From a virus (lineage: Duplodnaviria > Caudoviricetes): a stretch of DNA of 25,657 nucleotides. Location of the stretch: positions 1-25,657 of IMG/VR virus record IMGVR_UViG_3300020045_002833; one strand, written 5' to 3'. This document shows positions 17,234 through 25,149 of this stretch, piece after piece. Made by a program: the position numbers and the translations under genes. Position 1 is the first letter of the stretch. Each line of letters starts with the position of its first letter. A model generated the notes under the pieces. That model worked only from the letters and a program-made list of their open reading frames with translations. It did no database searches and was not told the origin of the DNA.

Positions 17234-17985
17234 TAGTTTGGAATGATTTCGCGCACAACTTCCGCGATGAAGGTTCGCGATGATGTGACCGATGTAGCAG
17301 CGCCGAGCGTCGCCGGTGCAACCCATGTGAATTCTGCGAGTGCATTGATTTTGGTTCCTTTGGGATCTTCTTCGTCGGATAGAGCGGCATCGAGTGCGCC
17401 CGCTGTCAGCGTTGCGCGAAGGAGGTAACTTGTGTTCTCGCCGCTGCCCGCTTTCGCGAACGTGCCGGAATCCACAAGAACCGGCTCATCATCGAGTGAT
17501 TTGATACCAAACGTGAGCTCGTCCAAGTCAAGATCAGCAATCACGCCGCCCTTAGAAAAGCGAATGCGGAAGAAAACATCGTCGTTGCTTTTGATGCTAA
17601 CGAGAGGCTTATCCTTTTCGATTTGTTGCGTCACCGTCGCGCTGATGACATTTGAGAATGTGACAATCTTGGTTTGTAGGTCAATCCACAAATCCACTTC
17701 ATCTTTCGGCGGCCCGTAGCCGCCAGCCTCGATTCCGATTGTAATCGTGAGCATGGCAGAAGCGCCGGCATCATTACCTGCAATCAAGCCGCAATTGTAA
17801 ACGCCGGGGAGTTCAGCCGCGCCACTAATTAGCCCTGAAACAGGGTTGAAATCCATGCCTGTTGGTAAGCCGGAAATATTCCAATAGGTGTCATCCCCCA
17901 AGACTGTCATGGGTTGGAATTCCCAAGTCTGCCATTGGCGGTAACCGAGAACGCTAGTTGTGCTGTTGATCGTTGGAATAGCCAT
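17233..17985 (-). CDS. Putative Ig-domain (He_PIG-like) tail protein, 250 aa
   Basis: SGLPTGMDFNPVSGLISG...PGVYN...AGNDAG matches the putative Ig consensus; second beta-sandwich-like domain follows. Confidence 0.75.
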   Translation of the reverse strand: MAIPTINSTTSVLGYRQWQTWEFQPMTVLGDDTYWNISGLPTGMDFNPVSGLISGAAELPGVYNCGLIAGNDAGASAMLTITIGIEAGGYGPPKDEVDLWIDLQTKIVTFSNVISATVTQQIEKDKPLVSIKSNDDVFFRIRFSKGGVIADLDLDELTFGIKSLDDEPVLVDSGTFAKAGSGENTSYLLRATLTAGALDAALSDEEDPKGTKINALAEFTWVAPATLGAATSVTSSRTFIAEVVREIIPN

Positions 17986-20354
17986 TAGGTGAAGGAAACT
18001 TTAGCGTTGGACATCTTGGCCCAAACTGCGCCTTTTTGGTCGCGTGTTGAGTTCTCAGTGTCGAATTGTCCGAGTCTGAAACGAATCAGGAACGATGATT
18101 TTTCACTGTCGAAAGTTGGCGCGTCGTCGGAATCCTCCCATGATCCATAAAGCAACTTCTTGGCAGTGATGACATCGGAAATTGAACGGAATACGGCCAC
18201 GCCAAACGTATGCTTGACTCGCGTGTTGGAAACGATGATTCGCTTGTCACTAGCCCAATCGTCGGTTGACGCGGTTGGATATGAAATGTCCTCAAGGTTG
18301 TCGTCTGTTGTCGCCGGAGACGTGTCCATTGAGTCGTCGCCGAATTCAATCAGTGCGAGGTATTGGCAATTTACGTCGGTGCCGATTGTCTGAATTTCCA
18401 AGTCGAAAGTGAGAGTCATTTCCTTCCCAAGTTTCAGCATTCCAGCATTGACCGGAACCGAGAAGAATTCGTGGTCGAATGCTTTCGGGAAATAGGATTT
18501 GAAGGTAGGGCGGTTGTAAACTTTGTAAAACCTTGCTCCATCACCTGCGAAAAACTCGTTCGTCTCAACGTAGAATGACTTGTGACCGCCGCCACCTGGA
18601 ACAAGGAAGCGCGTGCTTGTATTCTTCCAAACGATGCTCGCGATGGATGGTAGAGAGGTAACTTCCGTTGGTGCGGACGAATGATTTGCGGGCAACAAAA
18701 TCTTGTAGCGGTTAAGCGCCACTGGTCCTTCCTTGAGCTTGGAAAGTTGCGTTTCTGGAATCTCGCCCGGGTATTGCCAGCTTGCGTCTGGAATAGTGAT
18801 TTCTGCCTTGGTTGCTGAATCTGCCACGCTTGAAGGTGAAGTGTAGGGTAAGCGGTCCTCGATTGCTGTTAAGCGGTCCGCGAGATCGTCCAGAGCATCT
18901 TGCAATCCGACAATCTGCGCAATCGTGTGAGTGTGGCTTTGAAAGGCTGAAATTGGCCCTGCTGTTGCAATGACAATCAGAAGCGCGTTCGTTGCTGGAG
19001 CGGAACCAAGCCACGTCACGACTGCGACATTCGCGTTTGTGAAAGTGACGGTGTAATGCGTGCCAAGCTGGTAAAGCGTGCCACCGCTGGCATTACCGCG
19101 AACGAGAACGCCCGCCACGTTGTCAGTCGCGAGGTTGTGCGTGACTGTGAAGGAGGTGAGAACGCCATTTCCGACCGCGACTGAATAATACTGCGTTCCC
19201 GTGATAACTTGGTCAACGGTGAACGGGATATAGTTCGTCGGCTCTGGTGGAATCAGCCAATCGATGCCTTGCACCGTGCCGGCCAACTCTGGAAAGATTT
19301 GCTGGCGAACACAATTTGATAGGACTTGGAAAGTGATAATCCGGCCCGCGATTTCAGGGTCTTCTGGATCTTCACCGAGTTCCATGACTTCAACCTCGAT
19401 TTCAAACGGGATGTTTTCGAGCTTGTCAGCGGCCCGCAATGCTGCGTCGAATTCCACCGTGTTGAGATCCAAAAGGAATTCAGGCGTGCCAGGCTGGAAC
19501 GTCTCAACGGTGACTTCCGCCAAGTCACGCGAGCCATCCGAAAGCAGTCCGATGAATTCGATATAGGCCTCGTTCTCAACTGGATTCGTGACGCGGAAAC
19601 GCTTCAATCCATCATCCCACATTTGGTTAAGCGCATCCTCAATCTGGATTGGTGACGCATCGTTTCCAAGAATGATTGTGGAGCGGTAATCGTATTTTAG
19701 ATAGAACGTGCCGCGAAAGTCCGCCGGAACGAGTAACGATTGAATCTCGTTGATGCTCGTCTCTGTCACGCCGTCACCCGTATTGCCTGCGCGGATTCGC
19801 TCAACGCTTGGTTGATCTGCGAGGTTTCGCACCCACGTGTCGGCAAATGCCCACGGTGATTGCAAATACTTGATTTCAACCGTCCACTTGCCGTTAAATT
19901 TGATATACCGAATGCGGACAAATGATCTTGGATCGAGTGAATTCGCTGTGACTGTAAAGGCCGGCTCCGGTTCAGTGTCGGCAAGATCAAGCGTAACTCG
20001 CCATTCGGAAGATCCAAGCAGGTCCACACTTAACGCGTTCCAGTCAGCCTCTGCCGTGTCGAAGATTTCAGCCGCCGTTGCATCAAACGGAATTGAAATT
20101 GCAATACTCTCGTATTCCAACTGCGCCGCTCCGCTGGTCGGTGCCGCGAAACGTCTGCCAAGTGAAGCGCGAATGGAACGAATCGGAACATCGTTGCGGA
20201 TCTTCACTCCAGTTGCGTCGTCTGCCTCAACGAGCGAGAATGCGAACTTCGGCTTGTCACCAAGAATAAACGTCCGCACGGGAGGTGTCCCGCCCTCAGA
20301 GGTTACAAAGGATTGAGTGGCGATGTCGCCGTAAAGTTTTGTTGGTGCAGCCAT
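17985..20354 (-). CDS. Large tail/baseplate structural protein, 789 aa
   Basis: Long acidic beta-rich ORF; fibre-like motifs GNGVLTSFTVTHNL and HTHTIAQIVGLQDALD; internal similarity IPFDATAAEI vs LGNDASPIQIEDAL. Confidence 0.7.
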   Translation of the reverse strand: MAAPTKLYGDIATQSFVTSEGGTPPVRTFILGDKPKFAFSLVEADDATGVKIRNDVPIRSIRASLGRRFAAPTSGAAQLEYESIAISIPFDATAAEIFDTAEADWNALSVDLLGSSEWRVTLDLADTEPEPAFTVTANSLDPRSFVRIRYIKFNGKWTVEIKYLQSPWAFADTWVRNLADQPSVERIRAGNTGDGVTETSINEIQSLLVPADFRGTFYLKYDYRSTIILGNDASPIQIEDALNQMWDDGLKRFRVTNPVENEAYIEFIGLLSDGSRDLAEVTVETFQPGTPEFLLDLNTVEFDAALRAADKLENIPFEIEVEVMELGEDPEDPEIAGRIITFQVLSNCVRQQIFPELAGTVQGIDWLIPPEPTNYIPFTVDQVITGTQYYSVAVGNGVLTSFTVTHNLATDNVAGVLVRGNASGGTLYQLGTHYTVTFTNANVAVVTWLGSAPATNALLIVIATAGPISAFQSHTHTIAQIVGLQDALDDLADRLTAIEDRLPYTSPSSVADSATKAEITIPDASWQYPGEIPETQLSKLKEGPVALNRYKILLPANHSSAPTEVTSLPSIASIVWKNTSTRFLVPGGGGHKSFYVETNEFFAGDGARFYKVYNRPTFKSYFPKAFDHEFFSVPVNAGMLKLGKEMTLTFDLEIQTIGTDVNCQYLALIEFGDDSMDTSPATTDDNLEDISYPTASTDDWASDKRIIVSNTRVKHTFGVAVFRSISDVITAKKLLYGSWEDSDDAPTFDSEKSSFLIRFRLGQFDTENSTRDQKGAVWAKMSNAKVSFT

Positions 20355-20379
20355 CTAAAAAATGGCTGTCTGTCAACCC
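20355..20379 (-). promoter_or_regulatory. GGGTTGACA motif 16 nt upstream of ATG (copy 2)
   Basis: Minus strand gggTTGACAgacagccattttttagATG. Confidence 0.6.
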
Positions 20380-20403
20380 GTGTAAAATTCCCGAATTTAG
20401 CTA

Positions 20404-20431
20404 TTGCATTCCTCTTGAGGTATGGGATTAT
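20404..20431 (+). promoter_or_regulatory. Possible sigma70-like promoter for the structured RNA region
   Basis: TTGCAT (20404-20409), 16-nt spacer, TGn-GATTAT (20423-20431); imperfect match. Confidence 0.3.
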
Positions 20432-20447
20432 TTCGTAGATTCAACTG

Positions 20448-20694
20448 GTTCGCTTCGTGATGGGAGCAATCCCGCAGAGCGAACACTCAAGCCCGATACG
20501 CCCATCACCGTATCGGGCTTTTTGTTTGCACTGATCATTGTCCTCCTCAGCTCAAAAGAGGTCATCGGCCACCGTAAGGCAAGGCCAAACACTCGCTGGG
20601 GGCTTGTATGTCGGAGCGAGGATAAACTAAATCCGGCAAGTCCTCCCTTTTCACCTTTTTTCGAGTCTATCGAATGAGGGGAGGGGGAGTCTTG
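20448..20694 (+). ncRNA. Candidate structured RNA / attenuator leader
   Basis: Stem GTTCGCT/AGCGAAC enclosing GGGA-GCAA-TCCC GNRA hairpin; 12-bp terminator-like hairpin; GGCC...ccGTAAgg...GGCC; long hairpin 20637-20694. Confidence 0.5.
20489..20527 (+). terminator. Intrinsic terminator-like hairpin
   Basis: AAGCCCGATACG-CCCATCAC-CGTATCGGGCTT perfect 12-bp stem followed by TTTGTTT. Confidence 0.8.
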
Positions 20695-20717
20695 AGAAGG
20701 ATAGTAGATAATCTATT

Positions 20718-20888
20718 ATGAAGGAAGAGAGAAGACTAGATCGACAACGAAAAAGGTTTCTGCAAATGCACGAAACAACACTTCGCGCCATTATCAAAAA
20801 TCCAACGGTCAATCCCGCAACCGTCACAAACGCAAAGGCTGAACTCTCACGGCGAGTCAATCCTTCGCGGACTGAACTCCCAAGCTGA
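20718..20888 (+). CDS. Small basic helical protein, 56 aa, not in ORF track
   Basis: MKEERRLDRQRKRFLQMHETTLRAIIKNPTVNPATVTNAKAELSRRVNPSRTELPS; lies directly after the structured leader; only plausible plus-strand gene. Confidence 0.55.
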   Translation: MKEERRLDRQRKRFLQMHETTLRAIIKNPTVNPATVTNAKAELSRRVNPSRTELPS

Positions 20889-21000
20889 TGACCAGAAAAG
20901 CGACAGCGCCCAAAGCCGCCAACCATTCCTTCTCAAATCCTGAGTAGATCGCGAACAGTAAAAGACAGATGTTCGTCGTGTTGTGGATATATTTACGCAT
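20857..21000 (-). CDS. Small two-helix membrane peptide, 47 aa, not in ORF track
   Basis: MRKYIHNTTNICLLLFAIYSGFEKEWLAALGAVAFLVISLGVQSAKD; two hydrophobic segments; starts 30 nt after the upstream stop. Confidence 0.5.
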   Translation of the reverse strand: MRKYIHNTTNICLLLFAIYSGFEKEWLAALGAVAFLVISLGVQSAKD

Positions 21001-21030
21001 GTCAGAAAAGTGCGCGAAATTCTAAAAAGA

Positions 21031-21192
21031 TCAAACCACTTTCTTAGGCGGATCCGCAGTCACACCAAACACGCCAGCAGGAAAAGGAATCGCCACAAAT
21101 GGAAACTTCGGATTGAGCGGAGGAGGCTTAGGAATAGCCGCCCGTGCTTTTGCCTGCGCTGCTGCTGCGTTTGTTTTTGGGTCGAGTGGCAT
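21031..21192 (-). CDS. Small Pro-rich protein, 53 aa
   Basis: Preferred ATG at 21192, 4 nt after upstream stop: MPLDPKTNAAAAQAKARAAIPKPPPLNPKFPFVAIPFP... Confidence 0.55.
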   Translation of the reverse strand: MPLDPKTNAAAAQAKARAAIPKPPPLNPKFPFVAIPFPAGVFGVTADPPKKVV

Positions 21193-21196
21193 ATTG

Positions 21197-22054
21197 TTAA
21201 ACGGTCCAAAAATATCCTTGTGACGCCGACTTAGCAAACCAAGCGTTGATCTGCGCTGAAAGAAATTGGTCCTGCTGGATCTCCGCGAAACTCGGATTCC
21301 CGATGCCGCCAGCAAGCGCCGTCAAGAATGACACTTTCAACTCTTCGAAACTGCTGCCGATGTCCGCCCTGCTCGCGTGGTTGAGATTCCAGAAGCAGTA
21401 GTGGCGCACGTAAAGATCCCAGCTTTGATCTGGATCGTCGCCCGCAACATCTGGCGCCACCGCGTAAATGGTCGCGATTCTTTGCTGATCATAAGGCGGT
21501 TCAACCGCAAGCCCAAGATACCATTCCAAATCTGTAGGCTCTGCGAGCGCTTCTAGTTCGCGACTGGTAACAACTTGATAGCGCGGCACGTTGTTAAAGA
21601 TCGTTGCCGAAAATGAAGTCGTGATGTCGATTTGCCCAAGCGTGGAACTGATTTTCTGATTTGCCGTGATCCGTGGAGAAATTAGAATCACCTCGCAAGT
21701 CTTCAAGAATCGGTCGCCAACTTCCTCCGCGATTGCTGCCGGTGCCGCCGCTCCTACGTTCCAGCCTCCAACTCGTAGTGTGAAACCTTCGCTGATTGGT
21801 TTCCCATTCGCCATGACTTCGCAGCCGTTGACCATGCCAGGCTTAATCCTGATGCGCCAAATCGGCTTTTCATCTCCTTCCTCCTGCGTGAAGACTGGCC
21901 TGCAAAACCATGGATGTTCGTAGTCGTCGGAAGTGTAGCCGTTGAGAATTGCGCCAACTCTGCGATGATCCACCTTGCCGTTGCGCACGGAGATAATCCG
22001 CTCGCGGTTGATCGCCCGTGCCGTGTCGTTGTAATCTCTCGCCGTGCCTTTCAT
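21197..22054 (-). CDS. Putative tail tip protein, 285 aa
   Basis: ATGA-coupled; YEHPWFC...RIKPGMVNG motif; downstream of tape measure. Confidence 0.65.
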   Translation of the reverse strand: MKGTARDYNDTARAINRERIISVRNGKVDHRRVGAILNGYTSDDYEHPWFCRPVFTQEEGDEKPIWRIRIKPGMVNGCEVMANGKPISEGFTLRVGGWNVGAAAPAAIAEEVGDRFLKTCEVILISPRITANQKISSTLGQIDITTSFSATIFNNVPRYQVVTSRELEALAEPTDLEWYLGLAVEPPYDQQRIATIYAVAPDVAGDDPDQSWDLYVRHYCFWNLNHASRADIGSSFEELKVSFLTALAGGIGNPSFAEIQQDQFLSAQINAWFAKSASQGYFWTV

Positions 22055-22638
22055 CCCGCAGCATAAGCCAAATGGCGAGCTTTGCCACTTGCGGCCCCTC
22101 CCGGTCGAGTTCTGACTTCGAGATTATGGATTACGTGCTGAATCGAAATGATGCGCCCCTTGATGTTTTTGATGAACAGAATCGGCACGTTGACCGTTCC
22201 ATCGTCCAAGGTGTCATATCCGCCGATGCCGGGATTGCTGTCGCCCGCGAAAGGTTTCGGCGTGAATTCGTAAGTCCAATATTCAACGCTCCAATCATCC
22301 TTGAAACGGATCTTGGCAACGATCCACGCCCGACCTTCTGCGTCGTAGCTTGGTGAAAACTTGATACTGAAGGGCTCCACCACTTCTTCACCATTGTTGA
22401 GCGGTAGCTTTTTGTTAATCAAACCCGGATTGATCTGGCAAGTGTTACCCTGTAAATCGCATTTGTGAGGGTGATTGAAACTTGCGCCACCGCCAATGAA
22501 ATGCACCCGTGTGCCGTTTGGTGATTTGGCCAACCTTACGTTGCGCCCTGCAATCAGTCGATTCGCTGCAACGCCATCGTCGATAGCTTGCCAGTCATCA
22601 GCCTTTAAAGGGTCGCCCGGTTGAATGTCCTTAATCAT
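22051..22638 (-). CDS. Putative tail tip protein, 195 aa
   Basis: IQPGDPLKADDWQAI...IAGRNVRLAKSPNGT N-terminus and FNHPHKC...INPGLIN motif; ATGA-coupled. Confidence 0.65.
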   Translation of the reverse strand: MIKDIQPGDPLKADDWQAIDDGVAANRLIAGRNVRLAKSPNGTRVHFIGGGASFNHPHKCDLQGNTCQINPGLINKKLPLNNGEEVVEPFSIKFSPSYDAEGRAWIVAKIRFKDDWSVEYWTYEFTPKPFAGDSNPGIGGYDTLDDGTVNVPILFIKNIKGRIISIQHVIHNLEVRTRPGGAASGKARHLAYAAG

Positions 22639-22847
22639 CGCTTCTTGGAAGTTTTTACCATCTGCCGTTCAAGTGTAGATGTTAACTCCTTTGTCAAGGA
22701 GTGCGCGCAGAGTGCATCCGCAAGTTTCCTGCCAGCCTCATTAATGATGGCCACATCACCGATCAACAGTAACACCCCTCTTCGATCAACCGCCAAAGCA
22801 GTTATTTCGCCGTGAATATTGTGGATTTCTATTCTTGTGATGTCCAT
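22635..22847 (-). CDS. Hypothetical protein, 70 aa
   Basis: Fills the gap exactly, with ATGA overlap to the next gene. Confidence 0.55.
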   Translation of the reverse strand: MDITRIEIHNIHGEITALAVDRRGVLLLIGDVAIINEAGRKLADALCAHSLTKELTSTLERQMVKTSKKR

Positions 22848-22849
22848 AG

Positions 22850-23602
22850 TTATGTCAGTTGTGACGATGAGTAGATTTTCTTAAGCCATCCGCGCGGTCC
22901 AGAAAGCATCCATTCAGCGGAAATCTGATAACGGTTACCACGCTCGGAAATCTTCGGCCCAAGTTTCAGCCAGTTGCGCTTGATGGGAATGGTGATGCCG
23001 AGTTTGGACAAGCCTTGTGGCCTGTTGGTAATGGTGCCGATGCCCTGCATTACCCAAGATGGAATAGTGCGGCCTGAGAACGAAACGCGGAGTTGAGCGC
23101 CTGGAACCAGCCAAGCCTCTGTCCCGTATGCGTCCGACCGTTGCACGTTGTCCTTTTGCAGTCCGCTTTGAACGCTAGTAAGGGTTTCATCTCCCGGCAT
23201 GAATTCCTTGAATTTGTGCTCGTTGTAATCCCACCCGTAGTATTCAACCAGAGATTTGAAATCAGGGTGCGCTTCCATAGGCGCTTCCGTCATCGTGTTA
23301 TCAAGCTCGACTGTATATTCAGACTCCGACATCTCACCCTGCGAATCACTGCCGCCCTCGTAATTGTAAGTCACGAACGCCACGCCTTTTTCCACCTTGC
23401 AACTTGAGCCGACACATGGAATCCCGAATGGATCTGGAGCCGATGAAGGTAGAAGCCAATCAGGATTGATTTTCGCGTCCGTGGTTTCGATCTGGAAACG
23501 CGATTCAACCTCACCGCTAAAAATGAGCAGTTTGTTGCACCGCAAACCCTTGATTGAATAGTTCGCGCTTCCTAATGCTCTTCCTCTGATGTTTATTGCC
23601 AT
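22850..23602 (-). CDS. Putative distal tail/hub-like protein following tape measure, 250 aa
   Basis: Overlaps TMP stop; EAPMEAHPDF and RNWLKLG...YQISAEWMLSGPRGW motifs; positional inference. Confidence 0.65.
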   Translation of the reverse strand: MAINIRGRALGSANYSIKGLRCNKLLIFSGEVESRFQIETTDAKINPDWLLPSSAPDPFGIPCVGSSCKVEKGVAFVTYNYEGGSDSQGEMSESEYTVELDNTMTEAPMEAHPDFKSLVEYYGWDYNEHKFKEFMPGDETLTSVQSGLQKDNVQRSDAYGTEAWLVPGAQLRVSFSGRTIPSWVMQGIGTITNRPQGLSKLGITIPIKRNWLKLGPKISERGNRYQISAEWMLSGPRGWLKKIYSSSQLT

Positions 23603-25149
23603 ACGGGTTTTTTATCTCGAATTTCCTTGAGTAGTTCGGTCTGCGTGTTCGCCTGCCGCTCAATCTTCTCAGATGCACGGGCAATGCGTTCCTCTGTGGT
23701 GCCGCGTGACGTGCCGACGAATCCGCCGCCGCCGATCTTGGTGATTGCGTCGCTTACAACCGTGTCTTTGATTTTTGATGCCACCTGAGCGAGCTTCTTT
23801 TGCCGCTCCTCTTCCTCTTTCATCTTCCGGTTCTCTTCCTCGTTCTTGCTGCTCTGCGTCTGCGATGGAGCGACTTGGAAATTGTCCTTGGTGAATTTGC
23901 CCGCAAGATTGGAAACGGAATCAATGAACGCATTTCCTGCCGCTTGCTGCGCCGTGTTTGAATTGCGCATCATGTCCGCGGCCTGAGCGTTTGCGCCTTG
24001 CGCCCTGATCTTGGAAAGCTGATCTTGAACGTCTTTGATTTCCTGCTCGAATGGCCCCTTGTTCAAAATGGCCTCAGTCTGGATTTCACCGATTGCTTTG
24101 CTCCTCTCTTCCAAGCTCTTAAACGGCTTCACCATCTCGAATCCGATCTTGATCTCAGCGAGCACGTTTGCCATTTTGATGGCGAAGAAATTCGCAGCTT
24201 CCAGCAGTCCGAGCTTGAGCGGCTGAATGATCGCATCAACCGCATTCCCTTTCTCGAATGCTCCGCGAATGTAAGATCCCCATTCGGCGATTGAACTTCC
24301 AACGTCTTTCGCTGCCGTCTTCATTCCGCCGAGTTTCTCAATCGCAAACTGCATCAGAGGCTTGAGCGAGTCCATGATTGGCGTAGCAAACTCAACTTTC
24401 ACAGCATCCCAGCCCGCCAAGAGCGTTGACTTCAAACCGTTGAACGTGCCGCTCTGCTGCGCCATCATTCCGTTGAACTTGCCACCGCGTGCTGTCATGT
24501 CTTGGAATGCCTTTTCCAGCATTCCGAAATTGATTTTCCCCTCACTTCCCATCTTTTTCACCTGCTCGACACCTACGCCGAGTTGTGCCGCGAAGGAATC
24601 CAGCACGTTGATCCCCCTGCCTGTTAGCTGGTTGATGTCTTCTGCGAAAAGTGTTCCTTGCACGCGAGCCTTGCCGAAAATCTCGGAGATCTCACCAATT
24701 GGAGCACCAACGCCAGAGGCAATGTCTCCGATGGTTGTCAGTGTCTGCGCAACGGTGCCGGCTGATTGCCCGAACGCGAGCAGGCTTTTCGCTGCGTCGT
24801 TGATCTCCTGATCTCCATAAGGCGAAGTGTCCGCGAGCTTTTTAAGCTGCCCTAGAACCTGGGTTGTCTCTTCAACGCTGCCAATGAGAACCTTGAAGCT
24901 GGTTCGCGTCTGCTCTGCTTGTCCAGCAACGTCAAACGCGCTGGCTATTTGATCCTTGAGAGCGCCAAGCGGTGCCGTTAGTTTACCAATGAAATCAAAC
25001 GCGCCATTGAGGACGTTTAGCTTCCCGGCCAATCCAGTGATGCCTTTCAACTGCTCACGCATTGCGCCGAATGACGAATTAAGTTTCGCCAATCCGGTAT
25101 TCAACGCGCTGGCATCTAAGCCAACATTTACTTTGACGCCATCAGCCAT
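23593..25149 (-). CDS. Tail tape measure protein, 518 aa
   Basis: N-terminal VKVNVGLDASALNTGL; tape-measure domain EQTRTSFKVLIGS...ADTSPY...AKSLLAFG...IGDIASG...EDINQLTGRGI...QSGTFNGLKSTL. Confidence 0.9.
   Translation of the reverse strand: MADGVKVNVGLDASALNTGLAKLNSSFGAMREQLKGITGLAGKLNVLNGAFDFIGKLTAPLGALKDQIASAFDVAGQAEQTRTSFKVLIGSVEETTQVLGQLKKLADTSPYGDQEINDAAKSLLAFGQSAGTVAQTLTTIGDIASGVGAPIGEISEIFGKARVQGTLFAEDINQLTGRGINVLDSFAAQLGVGVEQVKKMGSEGKINFGMLEKAFQDMTARGGKFNGMMAQQSGTFNGLKSTLLAGWDAVKVEFATPIMDSLKPLMQFAIEKLGGMKTAAKDVGSSIAEWGSYIRGAFEKGNAVDAIIQPLKLGLLEAANFFAIKMANVLAEIKIGFEMVKPFKSLEERSKAIGEIQTEAILNKGPFEQEIKDVQDQLSKIRAQGANAQAADMMRNSNTAQQAAGNAFIDSVSNLAGKFTKDNFQVAPSQTQSSKNEEENRKMKEEEERQKKLAQVASKIKDTVVSDAITKIGGGGFVGTSRGTTEERIARASEKIERQANTQTELLKEIRDKKPVWQ

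Noticed and set aside
17234-17326. Extended start of the 322-aa ORF
   Set aside because: TAATG coupling at 17233 and the domain boundary favour MSRKLNW as the start.
20285-20677. 130-aa plus-strand ORF across the structured region
   Set aside because: Overlaps the tail gene start, crosses a strong terminator and has no protein-like pattern; cannot be fully excluded.
20651-20926. 91-aa minus-strand ORF
   Set aside because: Antisense to the more plausible 56-aa ORF and out of frame with the 47-aa membrane peptide.
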